Below are positions 10,113 through 18,291 of a DNA stretch of 64,000 bases, piece after piece. The DNA is from Bacillota bacterium. GTDB taxonomy: Bacteria > Patescibacteriota > Minisyncoccia > Phycocordibacterales > Phycocordibacteraceae. The DNA is taken from the NCBI GenBank assembly GCA_050260455.1, contig JBLNCF010000017.1, forward strand, positions 639 to 64,638. The letters run 5' to 3'. Each line of letters starts with the position of its first letter. The first letter of the stretch is position 1. The notes under the pieces were generated by a model. That model was not told where the DNA came from. It searched no databases and saw nothing but the letters and a program-made list of their open reading frames with translations. Made by a program: the position numbers and the translations under genes.

Positions 10113-12236
10113 CTATGCCTGAGGCCACGACTCCACCATGAGGAACTCGGACTGCTTGTGCGGATGCGCCTGGTAGATTTCTTCGGTAACGAAGGGCATG
10201 AAGGGGTGAAGGAGCTTCAGACAGTCTTTGAGAATAACAAGGAGAGCTGCGCGACGTGCCTGCTGTGCAGCTGGATCGCCTTCCTTGAATATCGTCTTGG
10301 ATTCCTCAAGAATCTCTGCGGCAAAGCGATCCCAGACGTAGTGATAAAGCTTCTCGGACGCGAGATGGAATCGGTAGTTATCCATGTCGCTGGTCACGTC
10401 GGTGACGACTGCATTGAATTCCGTCACAAGTTCGACATCCGTAGTAGCATCGGATTCCTGTGTCTCTCCTGCGTTGTCGAACACAAAGCGGGCCACGTTC
10501 CAAAGTTTATTAGCGAATTTCTTGTATGCCTCCACTTTCTTGGGGTCGAGATTAAGATCCGTGCCGGGTGTATTGCCCACAACGAGTCCCATGCGCAACG
10601 CGTCGGTCCCATAGAGTGCTGTCACCTCGAGCGGACTGATGACGTTGCCTTTGGACTTACTCATCTTCTGACCTTTTGCGTCACGTACAAGACCATGGAG
10701 ATAGACATTCTTGAACGGCACTTCGCCGGTGCGATAGAGACCGAGCATCGTCATGCGCACCACCCAAAAGAAAAGAATGTCTGCACCTGTCTCCATGACA
10801 GAGGTAGGGTAGAAGGTCTTGAAATCAGGATTCTCGGGGTACCCGAGCGTTGCAAACGGCCACTGTCCTGAAGAGAACCAGGTATCAAAAGTATCAGGGT
10901 CGGGACGAACAGCTCCACCGCAATCGGAACAGGTGGTGATGGTGTCATTGAGATCCACAAAGCCCGTATTACAGGAGTCGCAAAGCTTGGCAGGAATGGG
11001 AATACCCCAGGCGATCTGTCGGGAGATGTTCCAATCCTCAATATTTGAAAGCCAGTGAAGTGCAATGCGTTTGTGGCTCTCTGTGAGTATACGCACCTCG
11101 TCCTTTTCAATAGCTTCTGCTGCAGGCTTTGCAAGCGGTTCCATCTTCACGAACCACTGATCACGGATCTGCGGCTCAATAAGGGTGCTGCACTTGTAGC
11201 AGAGTTGCACCGAGTGCGTGTAGTTTTCATCGGTTCGCACAAGGAGCCCCTTCTCCGCGAGCTTCTCAATGATCTTGGGTCGCGCCTCAAGAATCTTCAT
11301 GCCTTCAAATTCACCGGCAATGGGGAGCAATTTACCGCGGTCATCAATGACCTGTTCGTATTCAAGATGGTGACGCTTGGCGATCTCGAAGTCAGTCTTG
11401 TCATGCCATGGAGTGATCGTCATCACACCAGTTCCCGCCTCCATGTCGACCGCCTCGTCCTTGATGACTGTTGCGGTTACGGGTCCGTTGATCCATTCGA
11501 GTTCCAGTGTGTCGCCCTCCTGGTACTCCGCATACCGAGGGTCATCAGGATGCATCACCACGTACTTGTCACCGAACTTCGTTTCAGGACGAGAGGTACT
11601 GATAACGAACGGGCCGTACTGGAGGTACCAGTACGGTTCCGTGCGTTCGACGTATTCCGTCTCGAGATTGGAAAGGGAAGTCTGATGCTTGGGGCACCAG
11701 TTCACAATACGCGGTGCACGATAGAGGAGACCGTCCTCATCAAGCTTCTTGAATGTCGCGTACACCACTTCAATGATCTCGGGATCGAGCGTGAACTTCT
11801 CACGCGACCAGTCGCAGGAGGCACCCAGCTGGCGAAGCTGCCCTTCCATGAAAGACTTGTTTGCGAGCGTGAAATCCATGATTTCCTGATAGAGCTCTTC
11901 TCGCGTCATTTGGAAACGCGAACGGCCTTCCTTTTCGAGTTTCTTTTCATACACCACCTGGGTCTCAAAGCCTGCATGATCGGCGCCTGGAAGCCAGAGC
12001 GCTTTCTTGCCGCGCATGCGTGCATAGCGAGTCATGATGTCCTCAAGCGTGACGAAGAGGGCATGTCCGGCATGGAGGCTGCCGTTGGCGTTCGGAGGCG
12101 GCATGATGATGGTGAACGGTTCGGTACGATCTCCCGGCAGGTTATCCGGGTTGAAATATCCGCTCTTCTCCCAGGCCTCGTAGATGCGTGACTCGGTAGC
12201 TGCCGGGTCGTACGGCTTCAAGAATTTATCATCCAT
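10113..12236 (-). CDS. valS: Valyl-tRNA synthetase (short form lacking C-terminal coiled-coil)
   Basis: Class I motifs 'PPPNANGSLHAGHA' (HIGH) and 'KMSKSKGN' (KMSKS); 'TFDTWFSS' ValRS-type editing motif. ORF trimmed to Met 'MDDKFLKPYDP' at 12236; the 38 upstream codons are likely spurious. Confidence 0.85.
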   Translation of the reverse strand: MDDKFLKPYDPAATESRIYEAWEKSGYFNPDNLPGDRTEPFTIIMPPPNANGSLHAGHALFVTLEDIMTRYARMRGKKALWLPGADHAGFETQVVYEKKLEKEGRSRFQMTREELYQEIMDFTLANKSFMEGQLRQLGASCDWSREKFTLDPEIIEVVYATFKKLDEDGLLYRAPRIVNWCPKHQTSLSNLETEYVERTEPYWYLQYGPFVISTSRPETKFGDKYVVMHPDDPRYAEYQEGDTLELEWINGPVTATVIKDEAVDMEAGTGVMTITPWHDKTDFEIAKRHHLEYEQVIDDRGKLLPIAGEFEGMKILEARPKIIEKLAEKGLLVRTDENYTHSVQLCYKCSTLIEPQIRDQWFVKMEPLAKPAAEAIEKDEVRILTESHKRIALHWLSNIEDWNISRQIAWGIPIPAKLCDSCNTGFVDLNDTITTCSDCGGAVRPDPDTFDTWFSSGQWPFATLGYPENPDFKTFYPTSVMETGADILFFWVVRMTMLGLYRTGEVPFKNVYLHGLVRDAKGQKMSKSKGNVISPLEVTALYGTDALRMGLVVGNTPGTDLNLDPKKVEAYKKFANKLWNVARFVFDNAGETQESDATTDVELVTEFNAVVTDVTSDMDNYRFHLASEKLYHYVWDRFAAEILEESKTIFKEGDPAAQQARRAALLVILKDCLKLLHPFMPFVTEEIYQAHPHKQSEFLMVESWPQA

Positions 12237-12296
12237 GAATAGCGAAACTATACCAGGAATCGGCGAAATTGCTCGCCCTAACGGAGGAGGGGCACC

Positions 12297-12794
12297 GTGC
12301 ACCGCAACCATTACGATGAATACGATGAAATCGATTTGGGTGGCGGGCACATCCTTGAAGTGCGTGGCAGGGTGACCCTCTGCTCCGGTCGTCTGACCAG
12401 TGTCCCGCTTACATTCTTCACCGAGGATCCCGAGGTGGATTCAAGCGAAGCATACCTCGGGATGCTTCTCTCCCGTCCCGGTCACGGGGAGGTTAAACGG
12501 GACACCAAAGCAGAGGCGGGATTCGCCGACGCAGCGTTCTTCGCCGATGGGTGCGAAGTGTATCGCATGCTCGATCGAGCTCGTTTCATCGAACCATGGA
12601 TGATCGGAGAACTTATCTATTCCCAGTGGAGCCTGTCACCGCGTCCGTTGCTCGTCGACCTACCCAACTGGTTCTATCTGGAAGAAGGGCTGGTGTCGGT
12701 CGCGATGCGAAGCGACAAGAAATGGGGTACGGATATCAGGGCGAAAGAAGAAACGATATTCCTCCCCGGGTCACGTCTCTTCGTAGCGCTCTAG
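12297..12794 (+). CDS. Hypothetical protein
   Basis: 165-aa ORF in the gap between divergent valS and tsaD; no recognisable motif. Confidence 0.3.
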   Translation: MHRNHYDEYDEIDLGGGHILEVRGRVTLCSGRLTSVPLTFFTEDPEVDSSEAYLGMLLSRPGHGEVKRDTKAEAGFADAAFFADGCEVYRMLDRARFIEPWMIGELIYSQWSLSPRPLLVDLPNWFYLEEGLVSVAMRSDKKWGTDIRAKEETIFLPGSRLFVAL

Positions 12795-12832
12795 TATCCA
12801 ACTCCCGTAGTCCTCGAGACTGCGGGATATTT

Positions 12833-14011
12833 TTATGCGAGCGAGAGATTGCCGTTGGCGCGAAGTGTCTCTAGGTCTGCGTGTTCTCCACGCAGCATGC
12901 GGTAGAAACCAGCCAGGCCGATCATAACGGCATTGTCGGTCGTAAACTCTCCTGCTGGGATATGGAGCGCAACCTCAGGATGGTTCCGCTCTATCTCTTC
13001 GGTGAATACTCGTCGAATATGGGTGTTGGCCGATACACCGCCGCCGAGCGCCAGTGTTTTTGCACCTGTCATTTCAATAGCCCGAGAAGACTTTGACCAG
13101 AGCACCTCAGCGACCGCGTCCTCGAACTCACGCGCAAGCTGCTCCTTTTCCACTTCAGAAAGGGAACCGCGTTCTTTAAGAAGGTAGAGTACGGCAGTCT
13201 TAAGACCGCTGAAAGAGAAATCGCACGTACTGTCGCCGAGCATAGGACGAGGTAGTGAGAATGGCATCGTGGAAAAGTCCTCTCGATCGCGTTCGGCCAG
13301 TTTCGATATTTCGGGACCACCCGGGTAGGGAAGATCCATCATGCGCGCCACCTTATCAAATGCCTCACCCACGGCGTCGTCGCGCGTCTGCCCCACAAGT
13401 TCATAGGAGAGCCACTCGTTCATGGCGACAAGTTCTGTGTGGCCACCGGAAATAAGAAGACCGAGTACTGGCATACCTACGTGCTCTATGACGATATCGT
13501 CGCCACCTGTACGTTCGGCGAGGGCGGAGAGCAAATGTCCCTCCATGTGATTTACCGCGATAAGCGGTTTCTCCCATACTACAGAGAGTGCTTTGGCGAA
13601 ATTGATACCCACCCAGAGTGCAGGCTCAAGCCCGGGTCCCGCGGTGACGGCAATGGCGTCGATGTCCGGTCGTGCCATCTGCGAGAGCGAAGCGAAGAAT
13701 GCCTCGTCGAGTTCAGGCTCGCGTTCAAGAAGTGTGCTGATACGAGTGGTGAGTTCTTCGGGGAATGCCTGCGTGTCTTCTTTGAGGAGTTCGGCTTCAG
13801 AGAGTGCGGCCTCAAGCAAGGGAACAAGGTTCTTTGCATGCTCGCGCTTCGCGAGTGCAGGAAAGACGCCACCGTATTCGCGATGGATCTCTATCTGTGA
13901 CAAGAGTGCATTACCCAGTATTCGGAAGCGGGCGGACTCTTCGGTACCTTCCGCTTCAATGACCGCAATAGCGGTCTCATCGCACGATGTCTCAATCGAG
14001 AGGAGTCGCAT
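12833..14011 (-). CDS. tsaD: tRNA N6-adenosine threonylcarbamoyltransferase TsaD (Kae1/Gcp)
   Basis: 'MRLLSIETSCDETAIAV' N-terminus and 'GGGVSAN' C-terminal motif; trimmed from ORF 12833..14104 to the canonical Met. Confidence 0.85.
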   Translation of the reverse strand: MRLLSIETSCDETAIAVIEAEGTEESARFRILGNALLSQIEIHREYGGVFPALAKREHAKNLVPLLEAALSEAELLKEDTQAFPEELTTRISTLLEREPELDEAFFASLSQMARPDIDAIAVTAGPGLEPALWVGINFAKALSVVWEKPLIAVNHMEGHLLSALAERTGGDDIVIEHVGMPVLGLLISGGHTELVAMNEWLSYELVGQTRDDAVGEAFDKVARMMDLPYPGGPEISKLAERDREDFSTMPFSLPRPMLGDSTCDFSFSGLKTAVLYLLKERGSLSEVEKEQLAREFEDAVAEVLWSKSSRAIEMTGAKTLALGGGVSANTHIRRVFTEEIERNHPEVALHIPAGEFTTDNAVMIGLAGFYRMLRGEHADLETLRANGNLSLA

Positions 14012-14849
14012 CGTCAGGAATGGTCGTCCAAGGGAATGGACCGTCGCGAGGAATGAGGAACCCTGCCGCATTGGGGTGCCCATTGCCGCCGTACTTCTGT
14101 GCAATCTTTGCTACATCGATGGAACCGTCACCGCGTATGGACATGCCATAGCCGTCTGGGTGTGCGGACGCGACGAGCGCAAATGGTCCATGTTTCTTAG
14201 CCAGAAGATTGCCGACCAGAGACTTCATCGTCGAATGTGTTGAAGCAAAATATATTTCGTATCCTTCAAAGGATACGAGCTTCGCATGATCGGCTGACAT
14301 GTTTGCGAGAAGCTCAAAGTATTCACGATATGCCTTTGCACGCGAGAGAATGGAAGCGAGCTCTTCAGGAGAGTCCAGTTTCTGTGCTATCGCATCCCAC
14401 GTTGCGAAATCTTGCGGTTGAACTTCAAGATAGGTGATGACTGCTTTTGTGTCTGGAAGAGTGTAGGTAAAGAGATCGTCATCTTGCACGTGCTCAAGAA
14501 GTTTGGGGAGAGGGGTTCCTGGATGGAAGTATTCCCAGGCAATACCGGAGCCCGAGCGTACCGTGTCATAGACGTATTCCGGCATGTTCTTGATCACGTC
14601 CTCCATACCCTCATGGTGGTCGAGCATTGTGAGGGAGGCGGCCGCCTCAACGAAGCGATCCATGATGTCCTGCGGATAGCAAAAATCAACAAAGTATAGG
14701 TTTGCTCCGCGACAGTGTTCCACCGGCGGTTCTTTGGCACGAGATAAAGGAAGGTACTCGACCGAGTCGCCCAATTTCTTCCACGCGGCATACGCGCCAC
14801 CGAACCCGTCCGGGCAGCCTCCGTGATACAGGACTATAGTGCGTTCCAT
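13992..14849 (-). CDS. DHH/DHHA1 phosphoesterase (NrnA-like nanoRNase / pAp phosphatase family)
   Basis: 'DHH' motif ('MLDHHEG') and DHHA1 'GGNGHPNAAGF'; trimmed to Met 'MERTIVLYHGG'. The N-terminal 47 codons of the ORF are low-complexity. Confidence 0.75.
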   Translation of the reverse strand: MERTIVLYHGGCPDGFGGAYAAWKKLGDSVEYLPLSRAKEPPVEHCRGANLYFVDFCYPQDIMDRFVEAAASLTMLDHHEGMEDVIKNMPEYVYDTVRSGSGIAWEYFHPGTPLPKLLEHVQDDDLFTYTLPDTKAVITYLEVQPQDFATWDAIAQKLDSPEELASILSRAKAYREYFELLANMSADHAKLVSFEGYEIYFASTHSTMKSLVGNLLAKKHGPFALVASAHPDGYGMSIRGDGSIDVAKIAQKYGGNGHPNAAGFLIPRDGPFPWTTIPDDATPLD

Positions 14850-14935
14850 AGAAAGGTTATAGCGCATTACGGGGGAGGGCGCGAATGAAGTTCGCCGCGG
14901 TCTGGGGGACCGCGGCGAGCTACACGCTGTAGGCT

Positions 14936-15094
14936 TCAGATCGTCCGACGTCGCCAGACGGCAAGAAGCAGGAACACAAGTCCGATGCACAGGAAGCTAA
15001 TGGCCGGAGCGGCCAAAGATCCTATCACCTGATTGAAATGCACGATGGCGCCACTATAGGCCCCATCCACGTACTGTTTGATGTAGTCGAGCAT
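14936..15094 (-). CDS. Small (52-aa) membrane protein, not in ORF track
   Basis: ATG at 15094 (minus) preceded by a strong RBS 'gggaggtg' at 5-8 nt spacing. Translates to 'MLDYIKQYVDGAYSGAIVHFNQVIGSLAAPAISFLCIGLVFLLLAVWRRRTI' with a C-terminal TM and basic tail. Confidence 0.35.
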   Translation of the reverse strand: MLDYIKQYVDGAYSGAIVHFNQVIGSLAAPAISFLCIGLVFLLLAVWRRRTI

Positions 15095-15143
15095 CGCCCA
15101 CCTCCCGTATCGATGCTAGCACCGGAAAGAGAGACCGAACGAG

Positions 15144-15587
15144 TTATGCACCACTTACGATGTCGTTGGTGAATGTCCCCGACAACCAGGAATCAATAAT
15201 GCCGCGTGAAGGTGGAAATGTGGGTTCAGGAATATCGTGCGGGTCGTACCACGTCCAGTTACGCGATTTCTCGGGTTCCGGATTAGTGGGTTCGCCACTG
15301 TTGCAGTCGACCAAGAAACCTATATTTACATAGTGTTTGTCGAACACGCGTTCATTGTTGATGCAAAACATTCTCACGAACGTGAGGTCCGTGAGACCAG
15401 TTTCTTCTGCAACCTCATCGCGAGCTGCTTGTTCAAATGTTTTACCGTATTCGAGATGTCCGCCCGGCGTTTGATACATGCCTGCACCGTGACTCGCGAG
15501 ACGCTCACCAAGGAGGATCTTGCCCTCTTTATTGCGTACGATGATGCCGACGGCTACCAGAGGGCGCTGCTTGGCTTCTTCGCTCAT
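15144..15587 (-). CDS. NUDIX hydrolase
   Basis: NUDIX box 'GGHLEYGKTFEQAARDEVAEETG'; trimmed to the Met after tRNA-Val ('MSEEAKQRPLV'). Confidence 0.75.
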   Translation of the reverse strand: MSEEAKQRPLVAVGIIVRNKEGKILLGERLASHGAGMYQTPGGHLEYGKTFEQAARDEVAEETGLTDLTFVRMFCINNERVFDKHYVNIGFLVDCNSGEPTNPEPEKSRNWTWYDPHDIPEPTFPPSRGIIDSWLSGTFTNDIVSGA

Positions 15588-15589
15588 TG

Positions 15590-15662
15590 TGGACGATAGA
15601 GGACTCGAACCTCTGACCCTTCCCACGTCAAGGGAATGCTCTACCAACTGAGCTAATCGTCC
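15590..15662 (-). tRNA. tRNA-Val (anticodon GAC)
   Basis: Reverse complement gives ggacgat...gctcagttggtagagc...ttccc-ttGACgt-gggaa...ttcgagt...atcgtcc; no CCA encoded. Confidence 0.85.
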
Positions 15663-15704
15663 GTACGTATCGCACAATAGCGTGTCTTGCTCTACTATTC
15701 AACT

Positions 15705-16328
15705 ATGGAAATCGTGCGACTCAATCAGGGAAATCTCGTAGGGGCAGTGCGGTTAGCAGCCGATATTCTTACTCGCGGCGGCATCGTGCTGTATCCCACC
15801 GACACGCTCTATGGCCTTGCGGTGGACGCCACCAATCGATCAGCACTGCAGAAGCTTCGGGAACTTAAAGGACGCGAGAAAAAGAAACCTATATCGGTGG
15901 TGGTGGGAGATATGGCGGGCATCGAGGCTCACGCCGAAATGGATAGTGTGGCTCGCCACTTTGCTAAGCAGCACCTCCCGGGCGCGCTCACCCTCGTCCT
16001 TCCAGGAAAAGAGCATCTACCTGAAGAACTGATGCTTAATGGTGCGATAGGCATTCGGATTCCTGACGATCCATTTGCACTCGCTCTTGCCAGAACCTTC
16101 AACAAGCCGTTCACGGCAACCTCTGCCAACCGCTCGGGACTGCCTACGGCAGCGCATCCCGATGAGATTATCCGGCAGTTTGGTTCTCTCATGCCGTACA
16201 TTGATTTGGTCATCGATGCGGGTGAACGTACGAGTAGTCCTGGCTCGACCGTCATGGCATTCAGGAACGGGGAAGCAGTCATACTGCGGGAAGGCATCAT
16301 CCCCCGCGAGAAACTCCTCGGCATATGA
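15705..16328 (+). CDS. tsaC: L-threonylcarbamoyladenylate synthase TsaC/YrdC
   Basis: YrdC-fold motifs ('LYPTDTLYGLAVDA', 'KGREKKKPISVVV', 'TSANRSG'); single-domain length. Confidence 0.85.
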   Translation: MEIVRLNQGNLVGAVRLAADILTRGGIVLYPTDTLYGLAVDATNRSALQKLRELKGREKKKPISVVVGDMAGIEAHAEMDSVARHFAKQHLPGALTLVLPGKEHLPEELMLNGAIGIRIPDDPFALALARTFNKPFTATSANRSGLPTAAHPDEIIRQFGSLMPYIDLVIDAGERTSSPGSTVMAFRNGEAVILREGIIPREKLLGI

Positions 16329-16726
16329 TCAAACGACTCGTCGCTATTTTCCTTCTCGCATTCGGAACCAACTACATCTGGGAGCACCTCCACTCCGTGT
16401 TGTATGCACACTACAAGGGAGGTCCCATCACTGAGTTCATCTTGGCGCGTGCCACGCTTGCCGACGCGGTCCTCATCACACTCATCTCCATGCCGTTTCT
16501 GTTACGTGAACGTCTCGCGAAGCGTTCCTGGCTCATCATCATTATCGGCATAGTGGTGAGCATCGGCATTGAAGAACATGCGCTTACAACAGGGAGGTGG
16601 GCGTACACCGCCGTCATGCCGGTCATTCCGCTTCTGCATACTGGACTGACACCCACGATACAGATAGGTCTTCTCGGGTATTTCTGCTATCTCCTCACCG
16701 TTCGAATATTTAAACAGAGTGAATAA
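16325..16726 (+). CDS. Hypothetical small polytopic membrane protein
   Basis: 133 aa, about 4 TM segments; start overlaps tsaC stop by 4 nt (coupling). Confidence 0.45.
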   Translation: MIKRLVAIFLLAFGTNYIWEHLHSVLYAHYKGGPITEFILARATLADAVLITLISMPFLLRERLAKRSWLIIIIGIVVSIGIEEHALTTGRWAYTAVMPVIPLLHTGLTPTIQIGLLGYFCYLLTVRIFKQSE

Positions 16727-16738
16727 CACACAAAGACT

Positions 16739-17182
16739 ATGAATATCCCTACACTCGATCGCCACACAAAGGCAGCCATACAGCACACCCTTCATTGTCT
16801 CGCAGGCTGTTCTATTGGTGAGGTGCTGGGCATGGTGGTCTCCACACTGCTCAATTGGTCTAATGCAGCGAGTATCCTCGTTTCTATTGTGCTCGCGTTC
16901 TTCTTCGGATACTTACTTACCTCATGGTCGCTCTACCGGAATGGCCTGTCGTTTGGGAAGGCTGTTCGTGCCGCAGTGGCTACAGACACCACATCGATAA
17001 TTTCTATGGAAGCGGTAGACAACCTATTCATTCTGTTAGTGCCCGGCGCACTGAACGCGACGCTGGACACCTCACTGTTTTGGCTCAGCCTGGCAGCATC
17101 TCTGGTGGTGGCCTTTATTATTACTGTCCCGGTTAACCGCTGGTTTATTGCGCGTAATCCGCACGCTCATCACCATCACTAA
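16739..17182 (+). CDS. DUF4396-like membrane protein with natural C-terminal His-rich tail
   Basis: 'HCLAGCSIGE' motif typical of DUF4396; 4 TM; ends 'NPHAHHHH'. Confidence 0.5.
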   Translation: MNIPTLDRHTKAAIQHTLHCLAGCSIGEVLGMVVSTLLNWSNAASILVSIVLAFFFGYLLTSWSLYRNGLSFGKAVRAAVATDTTSIISMEAVDNLFILLVPGALNATLDTSLFWLSLAASLVVAFIITVPVNRWFIARNPHAHHHH

Positions 17183-17634
17183 AGGGTGGATACAGAAAGC
17201 CGCGACGGTACATCGCGGCAACACTGGATAGTATGTTTGTGCTCGTTTACGAGGGCACGCTCGCGAGTCGAGTTTCTTGTTTAAGGCGGAAGAAACCCTC
17301 ACCCTCAAAACCTCTCGCCGTTTTTGCCAGGGGAAGGCCCTGGCCCCCTTTCGGCCTTGACCTACACTCCCTATTCCCAAGCCAGTGCCTTGTGAATAGG
17401 GCGGGTCGCGAAAGCTCTTTCCCAAGTCAAATCGTATCACCGCCGGGTGGATCAAATCAAATTGGGAACCCTGTTGGTCCCAGGCGTAATTCTATGTATG
17501 AAAAGCAATTCGGTGACCCAAATTAGTGGTAATTGGAACTCTCTCGTTTCAGAGCTTAATTCCTGGCTTATATTCGGCCGCTCTCTCGAACGAGAGCTGG
17601 AGCTCGTGTAAATACTGCCTTTAAGGACTAGAAA

Positions 17635-18282
17635 CTAAGGGCTATCAGTATCCGGCGGAAATTTATAATCGTTAATTTCACCTGCCACAAACCTGTCTAG
17701 GTATTCTTCCTTTTTGCGATCAAAGTACTGAATCTTTTCCATCGTGTGCTTGCCCTCACGGAGCGGTTCTTTTGTGTAGTTATCGAGAATATATCCGTGC
17801 CCCGGTTCTGGATTGAGCATAGTAAAGAGCTCCGACAGATCTTCTAGCAAAGATTCTACTTCATCATACTGAACTGGAAATCGTTGTAGAAGCTTACTTG
17901 GATCCGCAAGGTGCTCAGCGTTTAAATGTGCAAGCTGATGATCACGCAGACGAGCTATGCTGGTAATAACTCGCTCATGCTTTTTTAGTAATGTCTCTGC
18001 TCGCTCACGCCTAGACGGATCGGGATGATGTTTTAATAGTGCTTGAACCGAAATCACTTGACCGCGCTCGCTAAAGTTTGATTTCTCAAAACACTTTGCC
18101 AAACTTAAAAGCCACTCATTCTGTAGTGCTAGTAGGGTTGCACTCCAGAAGTAATTTGCTTTGTGATATATAGGCTCATAATCCTTATTTTGGAGAGACT
18201 TCCATGAATAGAAAGTGGCACTTGCGCCGAGGAGGTTGCTATATAGCTGGTCGAATCTTTTTTTATATTCATTAACTTCCAT
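17635..18282 (-). CDS. Uncharacterised 215-aa alpha-helical protein encoded immediately downstream of HerA in the island; possible HEPN-like (Rx5H) motif
   Basis: AT-rich like the SIR2/HerA genes; 9-bp gap to the HerA stop, same strand (likely co-transcribed). 'RLRDHQLAHLNAEH' contains an R-x5-H pattern. Confidence 0.55.
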   Translation of the reverse strand: MEVNEYKKRFDQLYSNLLGASATFYSWKSLQNKDYEPIYHKANYFWSATLLALQNEWLLSLAKCFEKSNFSERGQVISVQALLKHHPDPSRRERAETLLKKHERVITSIARLRDHQLAHLNAEHLADPSKLLQRFPVQYDEVESLLEDLSELFTMLNPEPGHGYILDNYTKEPLREGKHTMEKIQYFDRKKEEYLDRFVAGEINDYKFPPDTDSP

Positions 18283-18291
18283 TTTAATAAT

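Noticed and set aside
10158-12191. Plus-strand ORFs 10158..10871 and 11055..12191
   Set aside because: Antisense to valS.
12237-12350. 38-codon N-terminal extension of valS ORF
   Set aside because: Hydrophobic and uncharacteristic for ValRS; canonical start 'MDDKFLKPYDP' follows. Similar trimming was applied to tsaD, the DHH protein, rpsA, rpsU and infB.
14893-14920. GC hairpin 'gccgcggtc-tggggg-accgcggc' as terminator
   Set aside because: No flanking T-run on either strand; could be a structural element of the 5' region of the DHH gene but cannot be called.
15588-15677. 5' extension of the NUDIX ORF
   Set aside because: Overlaps tRNA-Val on the same strand; trimmed to the Met after the tRNA.
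17183-17640. Direct repeat of the tRNA-Glu 3' end (attL) at the left island border
   Set aside because: Looked for one but only a 7-nt chance match ('aaattgg') exists. Consistent with a serine (not tyrosine) recombinase, so its absence is not evidence against an island.
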